A stretch of DNA of 64,000 nucleotides, taken from the NCBI GenBank assembly GCA_047967505.1, contig CM106538.1. One strand, given 5' to 3'. Positions 39,101 to 50,740 of this stretch are shown piece by piece. How positions within the stretch are numbered: the first letter of the stretch is position 1; every line of letters begins with the position of its first letter. The stretch comes from Dipteris shenzhenensis (taxonomy: Eukaryota). The notes beneath the pieces were generated by a model. That model was given only the letters and a program-made list of their open reading frames with translations, made no database searches and was not told the DNA's origin. The translations under genes and the position numbers were made by a program.

Positions 39101-39950
39101 GTAGACATACTGTGTATCACTCTTCTAAGTTCAGACTGCTCTGCATTTTCCTGTAACTGTTGCGCTAATAACTGTTGCAAGGCATCCTCAAGTAATGCAA
39201 TCTTGCCAGATAAGGTGTGAACTACTGGGCGCGACACCTGCTGGGTCGGTTGGACTCCTGACTCTACAGGGTCCATCCTGGAAGCTCCTTCTTCTACTTC
39301 CATTCAGGTCAATGGGTGTTTTGTTTTATTTTGTGGGGTTTTAAAAAAAAATAACACCGCTAGAACACTGTATTTACAAACTGACAAAATTCAGTGTACT
39401 GGCACTCTGACACAATTTCCTATTCTAGGGAATACCTGCAATCCCACATGCACACTGACTAGGCACTTGACACAGGCATAACCCAATTACCGCTTTTCCC
39501 TATACTAGGGAAATTCCTGCAAATAAACTGACTTTACCATAAAGGCATATGCACAAGCATAGTCTCCCAGATTGCCCACAGGAATTTTAAGAAGTCGAAA
39601 AAAATCCCAAGTATGCTATGTACCTTGTTATGGCATTGAACCTTCATGCAGACTAAACATTCACGAGACCCTCTTCATGCAAGCGGAGCATCAACAAAGA
39701 CTAAGGTCGGGGGGGAAAAAAAAACACAGAATTGACGAATGTCAAAGAAAGCTCCCTGGTTGATTCGCCTCTGCATACAGCTCGCACTATCTGCTAATTC
39801 ATCACGGTCCCCTGTGACTACGATCTTCGTGCTACTTGATTGCATCACGCTGTCCCGATCGTCAGCCTATTGCCTGCTCTCTATTTTCACAGGCTCCCAA
39901 CCCCGTGCGTCGCCCATCGCCACGTATCGCATCGAAGGCCTCCCCGTGAC
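36141..39950 (-). mobile_element. Gypsy-3: chromovirus with 3' LTR 36141-36602; 5' LTR missing; RT-to-integrase deletion
   Basis: Gag-PR-RT ORF 38974-36932 ([21 protein letters not shown]); HPVFHVSRLK and chromodomain-like end; PPT GAAGAGGGAAGGAA; LTR matches 60381-60841. Confidence 0.93.
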
Positions 39951-39959
39951 TTCAGATTT

Positions 39960-40565
39960 AACCAAGTGAAACGATCTTATTCTTGATCTGTAGGCTTTGT
40001 GATGTGGCTTGCTTCTGTGATTGCTATTATCCCTCCAGGTCTGTCTCTTCCCGTTCAAGCTAGAGGGTGTGTCTACAGCCCTCATGTGAGTGTCCCCTAG
40101 GGGTCGGGTGTGAAGAATCATGTCCTTTGACTCTCTCGTGTCTGATTCTGTTTTGTCCTTGGCTCAAGTCATGGGAGAAAAAATCCATGATCATGCTCTG
40201 CCTGGGTTCGGTCGGTCCCTCACGTGCTTTCTTCTGTGTTTGTATGAGCTGATCTATGTGTCTTAGGGCCTCAAGACGGAAGATAGCCGCACATTGTTTG
40301 CCAAGAACTCACTAAGTGGGCCAAAAGCAGCGCTAAAAAGACAATGGTGCCGTCCACGGATCTCATAGATGATAGAATATAGGGCATCTAAAAGCATAGT
40401 GATCCTCTGTCTCGGTCTCATGCATATCACATAAAGTGCGAATCCATTATCACGTGGGATGTCCTCTCCTCGCCCTGTCTCAACCCGTAGCCTATGTGAA
40501 GATACCCGGAAGTGACCAATTGAGATCCTCAGGGCATGAGGATCTTTGTAGAAGCTGATTTTCAC
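39960..40565 (-). mobile_element. RTE/RTEX-like LINE 3' fragment
   Basis: SSHRLRVETGR...YEIRGRHHCLF zinc-finger region, homologous to 57850-58080. Confidence 0.75.
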
Positions 40566-40968
40566 TGAAAATTGAGTAGGTGCTAACCAGGTCCTGTTTG
40601 TATGGAGTTCTGATGCGAAGCTTGTAACCTTTTCCTGCCAGCCATTTTTGTCAGGAATTCAATTACCTGTTTTCCTTCATTAGGCTGATGCCCAAATTTC
40701 AATTGTACGCATATTTTATGAAGAAGCAATTGCTAAGAAACAACCCATGTAGTGCTGTAATCATTTGGCCTTCTTCATATGTGGCCATCAGCATTTGACT
40801 GTGCTTTAGGTTGTAATTTAGGCAGCTAAGTTAATAGACATCTTTGGTAAATATCTTTTTCATAAGGCTTCTAATCACACACAGGTCTCATCTTGGGACA
40901 TGCTTGGCTCTGGTTGGAGTTTTGATCAGTATTTTCTTTTAGACATTGCAGTTTATTACAGCTTGATT

Positions 40969-41640
40969 GATTGCTTGGGCGGTCACCTCTTGAGATGCAA
41001 GCGGGATGGATGGAGCCTCAAGGCTATACTGAAACGGTGGCGATTTGTCCATCTGTAGTCCCAAGCCTGCGAACCATCTGCGTATTCAAGCATACCAGCT
41101 CCTTTGGTCCCCCTCCACCTCCAATGTGATAGATGAGGTCGATCTAACCATGGCAGTTTGCATCGTTTGACTGGATTGCTTGGGCGGTCACCTCTTGAGA
41201 TGAAAGTGGGATGGATGGAGCCTCAAGGCTATACTGAAACGGTGGCAATTTGTCCATCTGTAGTCCCAAGCCTGGTGCCCCTCCACCTCCAATGTGATAG
41301 ATGAGGTCGAACTACCCATGGCAGTTTGCATCGTTTGACTGTTGTGGTACCATATTTTGTGATGGGGCTGGAGCAGGGAAACATGGAAGTTTGGAGTGAT
41401 GACTGAGGCTGTTCTTGGAGCAGGTGTCAGTGACCTTTGAGTGACCTTGGAGGAGGCGGACTTAGGGCAAAGCAAAGTGGTGACCAGGATGACCAGGAAG
41501 CAGCTAGTTGGCATGGTACTTGAAGCAGGTTGGCACGATTCTTGAAGCAGGGTGTGACACGATTTTGGAGCAGTAGCTCCTTAGCACCAGGTTCTTGCGA
41601 GTGCTAAGGGGACTGAGGGAGCGAGGGAGGCAATGGGCTA
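40969..41640 (-). mobile_element. RTE/RTEX-like LINE fragment with an internal tandem duplication (40969-41173, 41174-41341)
   Basis: RRWFAGLGLQMDKSPPFQYSLEAPS matches SKWFRTQGIQMDCVPPFQYSLDAPS at ~57580-57660. Confidence 0.7.
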
Positions 41641-41656
41641 AGGGGGAGGCGGGTGG

Positions 41657-42410
41657 ATAAAGAAAGAAAGAAAGAAAGATGTATTATCATCCGCGGGAGG
41701 CCTCGCGGGCCTATGGGACAAAGTGCACAAAAAGAAAACTCATACAAGCCTCAATGTGGAGCAACGGGTGCGCTAGGGCCCTTGCTGAGTACTAATCTAT
41801 ACTGGAGCTCAAGAAAAATCAAAATCAAATATAGACTGAAGCAAACTGAGAGCTGGGATTCAGAAGCTGAAGCCCGGTACCGTGGTGGCTCTCCGACGAG
41901 TTGTGAAGATATCTCGGATCTACATCTATTGCCCTGTGTCACGTTGTAGCGCTGCAGCGGGGGGCACGTTCTCCTCGATGTTTGAACCCGTTGAGCTATG
42001 TCCAGAGTGACCCCTCGTCTCTGTCCGCCTCCCTTGAGGAAAGCTGTGATAGGCCGGCCCGAGAGAGAGAGAAAGAAAGAAAGAAAGAAAGTGTATTATT
42101 GTCCACTAAAGGCCAAAATGGGCCCATGGGACATCAAGAACTCTGCATACAAGATAGCACAAAATCAACGTGCCACAAAGAAGAGGCATCGTCGAATATC
42201 ATCTAAGTGCTACGCAATACAATGCAAGTGAAAGTACATAATGTCAAATCTGAGCCTAAATACAAAGTAAACTAGATGCAAGGAAACCGCCCCTGGGTGC
42301 AAAATGGGGGGATGAGTACAATATGCCAATGCAAAGATACAAGTCCAGGTGTCACGGAGTCTGAGAACCAAAATAATACTGGAAATCCTGTCCATCGACT
42401 CTGCCTCCTG

Positions 42411-42461
<51 letters not shown>

Positions 42462-42848
42462 CTACGGGAGGCCTCGTAGGCATGGGACCAGGTGCACACA
42501 AGAAATAGACTCATACAAGCATCAATGGGCTGGAGCAAAGGGCACGCTGGGGCCTTGCTGAGTACTAATCTATACTAGCAAAATCATAATGATCATAATC
42601 ATAATAATCCGAATCAATCACGTACAAACTGAATCACGTCAGCCTTTGAGCTGGGACTCAAAAACTGAAGCTCGGTACAGTGATGGCTCTCTAGTGAGCT
42701 GTGAAAATATATCGTATTTGCGTCTATCGAGCTGTCTTGCGATGTGGTGGGGGACGGGGTCTCTTTGATATCTAAACTTCTGGGCTATGTCCAGAGTGGC
42801 CTCTCGACTCTATCGATCACCCTTGAGAAATGCTGTCCCTGGGGAGGG

Positions 42849-42880
<32 letters not shown>
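41657..42880 (-). mobile_element. Stack of short RTE-derived or SINE-like 3' ends with (CTTT)n/(CT)n tails
   Basis: 41680-42058 and 42460-42840 are homologous; 3' hairpin AGGCCCGCGAGGCCT also at ~58754; tails at 41657, 42060, 42415 and 42850. Confidence 0.65.
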
Positions 42881-42883
<3 letters not shown>

Positions 42884-42960
42884 ACGTCTTTGGTTTGAAT
42901 ATGCAGGCATGCGTGTGTGTGTGTGTGCGCGTGTGAGTGTAGTGTGTGTGTGTGAGAGAG

Positions 42961-43688
42961 GTCATACACACTTTCGATACACAATCTGACTGCCTCGAAG
43001 GTTTACAGATTTCTTCTTCCACAGCCATGGATTGACAAGCATGCCAACACTCTTTGGAATTTGGATAGGCCTTTATCTTGGTGGCAATCCCGTCTCATGA
43101 AAATCTGGAAAACAAAATTGCCATTGAAACAGAGGCTTTTCTTTTGGAGATGTATAGTGGGAGCCTTTTCCATTGGGGTGAAATTGGCAGCTCGCCGCAT
43201 TGCTTCTCCTTTCTGCCCCCGTTGCTCTCATCCTCGCGAGACAGTTCCTCACTTATTATGGTTTTGCCCGCACTCTCGCACATTGATCACTCAGGTTTCT
43301 CATTTACTGCGGCTTCGGTTCCCTTCTATCAGATTTGGGAAACTTTTCTGGATGTTTGGATGCTGCTCATCTCAGATGTCTCCATTACTCCTTTTCTTTC
43401 ATTGGACTCGCTTTTGGGTATTATGGACCATCTGGACACAGAGACTGCACTCTAGGATGGGTCAACAGTTTCCTCAGGCATATATTTTCTTCAGAATGTC
43501 CCTTAAGCAGTCTTTACATGACAGTATTGCTGCAAGGGATTTGGATGCTACTTGCCTTGAAGTGTTCTCTACTTGTTTTTGAGTTCTTCTATTGGGCTCT
43601 CTTTCGGAGTTCTTTGCTAGTGTGTGGGAGACCTCCCATATTGTAAATTTATGAGCATATAAATACAATGGATTTTACCAAAAAAAAA
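42961..43688 (+). mobile_element. L1 array unit 0: 5'-truncated 3' end
   Basis: zf-RVT CPRCSHPRETVPHLLWFC; poly(A) 43680-43688 then (GT)n. Confidence 0.88.
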
Positions 43689-43759
43689 GAAGTGTGTGTG
43701 AGAGAGGCAATGTGTGTGTTGAGAGAGGGTGTGTTGAGAGAGGAGCAGAGAGACGGTGA

Positions 43760-46700
43760 GACGAAGGTACCTGCTACCCTCCCAGGATTCTCCCCCTCCG
43801 TCCGTACGTCCGTACGATCGTCGTACGGACTCTCCCGACGTGCAGGCCCGTACACCCCGTTGTCTTTCCGTACGTATCGTACGTCCTTGTCAGCCCTATT
43901 GTACGACGTTGACACCTTCCGTGCACCCAGCCTCCCCGTACCACCCTGCTCCTTCCCGTACAATTCCGTACTTTTTCGTGAGCACCCTCTGTCCGTACAG
44001 AATCCATGTATTTCTTTTCCCGCTGTTCAGTACAGGTTCCTCCGTACAGCTTTTCCCGTACAGCCAGTCTTCGTCCGTACAGCAATTTTCGTACATTTCC
44101 TCTCGCTGTTTCGTACAGCCTATCCGTATAGGTCTTTCCGTACAGGCTTTTCTGTACAGGTCTTTCCGTACAGCTTATCCCTTCCGTAAAGCCCCTCTGT
44201 GCAGCCTCTGCCGTACTGATCTACATTTTTACCCTGTGCCTCTCCGTACGTTTTCTCTGTTTGCTTTGTCTTTCACTCTATTTCTCTCTTGCCTTGCCAT
44301 ACCTCAATGATGGCTTCAGGTCCCGATGTCTGTACATATGCTAGAAAAGAAAGATCTACAGATGCTAAGCGTCGTCCTTCTCAGCCTGCTTCACAGGATG
44401 ATGAGCTTACCATGGAGGCTCAATATGTGTTTGATACACTTAAGGATGACTTTCAGTAGTCACGACAGGAATGGGGCAAACCAGTTCCGGAGGTCACATA
44501 CAAATTGAAATTGCCCTCCCTTGTGAATCCTCTCAGAAAGCTATCTCAAACTACAGTAATTATTTTCTTTCCAGGAAGAATTCCAGCCGCCAGTGATGTT
44601 GCGCAATGGATCAAGTCTATCCTTGGAGGATGTTTTGTAGAGGGTGTCTACTTTGCCTCCAGAGGACTTTATGAGGTGCATTTATCAAATGCTTTGTGCA
44701 AGCAGAGGCTCCTTGAGCTTTCTCCCCTTTTTTACGGGAAGCAGATGGTACATGCCATGCCTTGGTCCCCAAACAAGGACTACCAAAGTCTTATACGTCA
44801 TCATTGTCCTGTATGGGTTGAGGTTGTTAACTTCCCGGACTATATGCATGAAGAATTGCCTGGCCTGGCTGCTTCATTGGGACAGGTCATTTGTCCTCCA
44901 CGCCCCATGGGAAATCGTAACAGATTTTGCATCCTCTGGGACACTGACACACCTACCCCTCCTTCTATTGCAGTGGAAGTTGAGGGTGTGCAATTGGGCA
45001 AAAAGTTTTTTGACTTGAAATGGGGTGTATTTGCAGGCGCTTGCTTTGCCTGCCACAAGTTTGGGCATCTAGCCTCTGAATGCCCAATGGTACTGCATCA
45101 ACCCCCTCCTAATGCCTTGCCGCCTCAGACAAGGGAAAAGAATGAGAATTTGCAAGCCAAGGTAGCAAATCGAAATGGGGCAAAGAATGCTAAACCAGTT
45201 AATCAGGTGCAATCACTTGTTGGAAAAGGGAAAGAAAAAGAAAAAGAGAAGATGAAGGAACCTGTGGGGACAGATCGGGATGGTTTTCAACAGCCTAAGA
45301 AGGTGGTTGTATTGAAGCAACGCCCCTTTCAATCTCGGCAATGGGATGCTTCCTCTCCCTTACCAGGACAGGCTTCCACTTCAGCTCTAGTCCTTCAAAA
45401 TTGGGTGGGGGTTTTGAAGAAGGGTATTCCCATATGTGATTTTGAAGAAAGGGAGAATGCCATATCTTTTATGGATCATGAAAGCCTGCAACCCATGCAG
45501 GCAGAGGCTTTGCCTCTCTGATATCTTGTTTCATACTTATACTTTCCTGTATATATCTCTTTCATGCATCAAACACTTAAGTGCTTTACATACAATGTAC
45601 AGAGCCTCTGCAATGTCTCAAAGCGGAGGCTTTTCTGGAATTATGTACATAAAATGCAGCCAGATATTGTTTGTTTGCAAGAGCGTAATCAACACTCTAA
45701 GGCTGGTCATCATGATCACTTTGGCGGCTATGATATATATTATGCTGGTACCACTACCTACTCAGGGGTATGCATAATGGTTAGACATGAGCTGGAGCCC
45801 CAGTTAGCATTCAATGACAGCAGTGGCCGATGGATAGTCATACAATGTAATGTCAATGGTGACATTTTTGAGCTTGCATCAGTTTATGCCCCCCAGACCT
45901 TTGCCATGAGGGCTTCTCTATGGGATTCTTTAAGCAAATATCCATGGAGATCCAATGCATTTATCTGTGGAGATTTTAACAATGGCCATTGGACTACTGA
46001 TCATTGGGAGGTTGTCATTGGGAGATTTGTAGGGAAGATTCCTGGATGCCCTTTCTCTACTGCTCTGATATTGGACTGGAAACAAGTGCTTTCTAAAGTC
46101 AAATGGGCTCCTGATAATCATTTGGGGACAAACTCAATGAGGAAAGAAAGTATTCATTGGAGTGCCATCTTTGACATTCCACTTGCTTTACAGGAACCGG
46201 TTCGGGCATATAATCTCATGAAATTGGGAATTAGATACATCAATGATGTGGTAGATGATCACGGCCATGTCTTATCTTTTCCTCAAGCCACTGCCTCTTA
46301 TGCTTTGGGAATGCATCATAGATTGATATGGAAGAAAATTGCTGATCTCTTGCATCCATTTCTACCTATTCCCCCTGTGGCTGACACAGCTACAAGCTTC
46401 TTCAACCTGCCCCTTGGATTCATCAATATGCTAATACTCTATGGCATATCAGGCAGCCCCTTTCATGGTGGCGGAAGAATCTCCGACTATTATGGAGGTG
46501 TAAAATGCCTTTGAAACAAAGACTCTTTCTTTGGAGATGCATGACCGGCACATTGTCAGTGGGAATCACACTTGCCAAACGTCACATTGCACCACCCACC
46601 TGTTTACGGTGTCACGCTCCTTTAGAGATTGTCCCTCATTTGCTTTGGCATTGCTCGTCTACTCGGAATCTCCTTGGGAAAATTTCAGATCTTCTTCGCC

Positions 46701-47056
46701 TCCGTTTCCCGAGTCACATATTTGGGAACATTTTTGGCTATTTGGCAGATTTAGGAGGCCTTTATCTCAATACTCACTCTTTCTCTCATGGGTGAGATAT
46801 TGGGCTCTTTGGACAATCTGGGAAGAGCACAATTTGGCATACTTGGGCCGCCAGTTTCAAAAGTCATACGAATCTTTTAGAGCTTCATTGCGGCAATCTT
46901 TATATGATGCCTGCCATGAGGGTGATATGCATGCATCTTGCATTGAGCTTTTCTTTTTATGCTTCTGATCTATGGGATACTCTCCATTTTTGGAGACTTT
47001 CCCTCTTGTAAAGTTATGACAATATAAATACAGTGCACTGGATTTTACCAAAAAAA
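43760..47056 (+). mobile_element. L1 array unit 1: CGTAC-rich leader, ORF1, RT-deleted ORF2
   Basis: ORF1 44307-45521 (one frameshift; CFACHKFGHLASEC); ORF2 from 45564 (YNVQ, CLQE, SVYAP, GDFN) fused at ~45983 to the post-RT region; zf-RVT; poly(A). Confidence 0.9.
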
Positions 47057-47071
47057 CTAAAGTGTGTGTGT

Positions 47072-47610
47072 GAGAGGCTTTTCTTTTGGAGATGCATAGT
47101 GGGAGCTTTTTCCATTGGGGTGAAATTGGCAGCACGTCGTATTGCTTCCTCTTCCTACCCCCGTTGCTCTCATCACCGTGAGACAGTTCCCCATTTGTTA
47201 TGGTCTTGCCCGCACTCTCGGATATTGATCACTCATGTCTCTCATTTGCTGCGGCTTCGGTTTCCCTCTATCAGATTCGGGAAACTCTTTTGGATGTTTG
47301 GATGCTTCTCATCTCAGATGTCTCCATTCCTCCTTTTCTTTCACTGGGCTCGTTTTTGGGTACTATGGACTATTTGGACACAGAGACTGCATTTTAGGAT
47401 GGGACAACAGTTTCCTCAGGCATATGCTTTCTTCAGAATGTCCCTCAAGCAATCTTTATATGATAGTTATGCTGCGAGGGACTTGGATGCTACTAGCCTT
47501 GAAGTGTTTTTTGACTGTTTTTGAGTTCTTCCATTAGGCTCTCTTTTGGAGTCTAATGTCATGTACATTGATTTCATGTTAATAATATAGTTACTGATTT
47601 CACAAAAAAA
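47072..47610 (+). mobile_element. L1 array: second 5'-truncated copy of the unit-0 family
   Basis: Closely similar to 43131-43600; poly(A) 47604-47610 then (GT)n. Confidence 0.88.
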
Positions 47611-47699
47611 GTGTGTGTGTGAGAGAGAGAGTGTGTGTGTAGTGTGTGTGCATAAGAGTGGTGTGTGGTTGAGTGTGTGTGAGAGAGAAGTGTGTCAGA

Positions 47700-50600
47700 G
47701 ATTCCATGCTAGCCCTCGTGCTCCCACGCTACAGCTGCTTGTTTCTCCCTCCGTTTGACACCCTTGAAGTTCCTTTTGACGTCCGTTTTCTGTCCCGTAC
47801 GCTCTGTCAGAAAATCTGATTTTTTTTTCGTACTATCAAAAATCCGTACGATTTCGTCCGTACAGTCAAAAAAATCCATACAGTCCGTATAGTTTTGTCT
47901 GTACAGTCGTGGAAGTCTGTACAGTTTGCTTGCTAGGAAAAAAATTTTTTTTTCCCAAGAATCCGTACGGTCAGAAAATCCATACGATTTTGTCAGTACA
48001 GCCAGAAAAGTCCGTACAATTTGTCCATACAATTTTGTCCGTACAGCCTGCCTGTCAGTGAAATTTTTTTCTTCCGTACTGTCTAAAATCCGTACGATTT
48101 CGTCCATACAGCCAGGAAAACACCGTACAGTTTTGTACCTGCAGTGCTTTCCTCCTTGTAAAGCGTTGCTACTTCCAAGTTTTTTCCTTAACTAGAATGG
48201 CAGATTATTCCTATGAGAAAACCTTTCACAAAGATAAGTCGGTTTCCAACAAGAAACAAAAACAGGTGATGGATTCAGATGATTCCCTTCATGACTGTGC
48301 TGAGGCTCAGCTTGTTTATGAGGTTATGCATGAAGGGTTTGAAGACACCCGTAAAGGTTGGAAAGATCCACTTCCCACCACTGGCATTATGGTGGAAGTG
48401 GATGATATATTTGATCCAGTTAAGGAGTATGCAAAGCATGCCATTATAATTTTCTTCCCAGGACGGATGCCTGCTGCTGCAAATGTTGGGAATTGGTTGA
48501 CTCGAACCCTGGGTGGTTCTTATGTCAAAAAGTTCATTATGCAGCGAGGGGCTTTTTTGAGATCATCATGACTGATGAGGAGCACCGTCAGGTTTTGCTG
48601 GAGCACTCTCCTCTTTTCTATGGCTAGCAGATGGTCCATGTTCTGCCTTGGTCTCCCACCTGGGATTACTAGGCATTGATTTGGCATCGTTGCCCTGTTT
48701 GGGTAGAAGTTGTGGTTTTTCCTCAATGCTTGTCTTCTCTTCTACCTAAAATTGCAGCTTTGCTCGGTAAGGTGGTATGTCCACCACGACCCAATGGAAA
48801 TTCGAATCGCTTCTGCATTTTGTGGGATACAGATCATCCCACTCCAGCTTCATATTCGGTCACTGTGAATAATGTTTCCATGGGGAGTGCCTTTTACAAG
48901 CTCAAGTGGGGGCTGTTTGCAGGTGCTTGCTTTGAATGCAAGCAATTTGGGCACATGGCTTCACAATGCCCTTTCCGAGCTTCACGGATGCTAGTGCAAG
49001 CTGAAATGGTTCAGCCTTTGAATAAGAATGCAAATGCCTCTTCTGTGGTAAAAAACAAAGGGGTCAAACAGTTTTTCTTTGTTCAAGACAAAGGCAAAGC
49101 CCCGGCTGTCTCACATGGTAATGCTTCTTTTCCTGTGCCTTTGTCCTCTCCACCTCAGGGGAAGGGGGAAAATTTTTTGACTGATGGATGGCAAACTCCT
49201 CGCAAAGTGATCTCCCCTAGGCGACCTTTGCCTTCTCGGACTTGGAGTGGTGCATCCTCTCATGGGAAAACACCTGCTGAAAACTCTGGTGTTGGCTTGA
49301 CTTGGGCTGCTATGACTGCAAATCAGGCCTTGTTTCCTGAAGAAGAAGTTGCTGCACTTTTGTCCTCTCCTCAGGCTGATGCTTCATCCCAGGGCAGAGG
49401 CCCGGACATTGAGGTGGAAATGCAGACGTAGACAGCCCGTTAGTTGCTGTACATACCTGTCCCATAACTGTAAATATGCTTGATCATCTGAAGTGTGTTA
49501 CTCTCAATGTACAGGGAATGTGTGATGGTCGCAAATGGAAACTAGTCTGGATGTATATCGGGCAATTGCAGCCTGATATAATTGCTTTGCAAGAGCATAA
49601 TCAGCATATGTATGCTGGTCAAATAGGCCATTTTGCTGGTTATGATATCTTCTATGCTGGAGAGCACTCCTTTTCTGGTGTGGCTTTTTTGGTAAAGCAT
49701 GACCTTCAACCTGTTGTGGCTCTCAATGATCGCCATGGTAGATGGATTATTGTTCAATGCCTTGTTCAAGGGAAAATTTTTGAATTTGCATCGGTTTATG
49801 CCCCCCAGTCTTCTCGTGATAGAGCTTTGATCTGGGCTGCCATACATACTTATCCATGGCGACAACATGCCTTCATTTGTGGTGACTTTAATAATGCCCC
49901 TCAATCGGGTGACAACACCTTAGGCCACACTCATATGTTGGCTTCTGAAACACAAGCATGGTCTGATTTTTGGCTTCAGTTGCGCCTGGTTGATCTCTGG
50001 AAGGAATTGCAGTGAACCTTTGGAGATCCAGGTTCGGAGCCGATCCTACTTACCCTCGTTGCCTCTCTGCTTCGGAGACTATTCAGCATTGTTTATGGGA
50101 TTGCAGAAAGGCGAGGATGATTTGGATGGGGGTAGCTAGGATTTTCAGTCACTTTGCCCACTCCCCATTCTTTATGACATGGGGCTCAGTGGCTTGGCTT
50201 TCTCTTACAGGGCCTCAGGTATTCTATGAGAGACTTGACTCCTCTTGGGCCATTTTGGTTCGACGTCATCAGATTGAGTCCTGTTCGTTGGATGTGATAC
50301 CACACCTTCCTTTTACAGATGTACATGCCTTTGTGGATACTTCTTGGGAGATTTTAGCGAGCATAGCATCCTGGCATATCTGGAGAGCTAGATGCACAGA
50401 GGCTATGGAGGGTACTCAGGTTCATCCCTCGCACACTTTGGCTAGTATCTGGACAGACACCGTACATACTTTGATGGTCGTATGGATGAGTATACAGGGA
50501 GACTCCCATGCAGCCTCAGCTAGGAGGGCTTCTTTCTTCAGGGAATGGAAGGATTCTTTTTTCTTCTCTAAGATTCCTACAGGGTTGAGGTGGCACTTTC

Positions 50601-50740
50601 AGCCTCAGCCTTGGTTGTTTTCCACCTCACTTTGAGGGGGTTTTATTTATCCTCATAATTTCATGATGTTGTATTTCCGCTCAGAGCTTGCTCTAGCGAG
50701 TTTCTTTCTTAATAGAAGTCTCTTTTTTGCCAAAAAAAAA
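47700..50740 (+). mobile_element. L1 array unit 2: CGTAC-rich leader, ORF1, EN joined to a different zf-RVT 3' end
   Basis: ORF1 48197-49431 (frameshifted; CFECKQFGHMASQC); EN 49476-50012; zf-RVT 50012-50635; poly(A) 50732-50740. Confidence 0.9.

Noticed and set aside
40580-40623. Possible host exon between LINE fragments
   Set aside because: Weak acceptor and no recognisable peptide
43668-44310. Overlapping ORFs on both strands; CRISPR-like look
   Set aside because: Stop-poor CGTAC leader; no constant 23-47 bp repeat with unique spacers, and the context is eukaryotic
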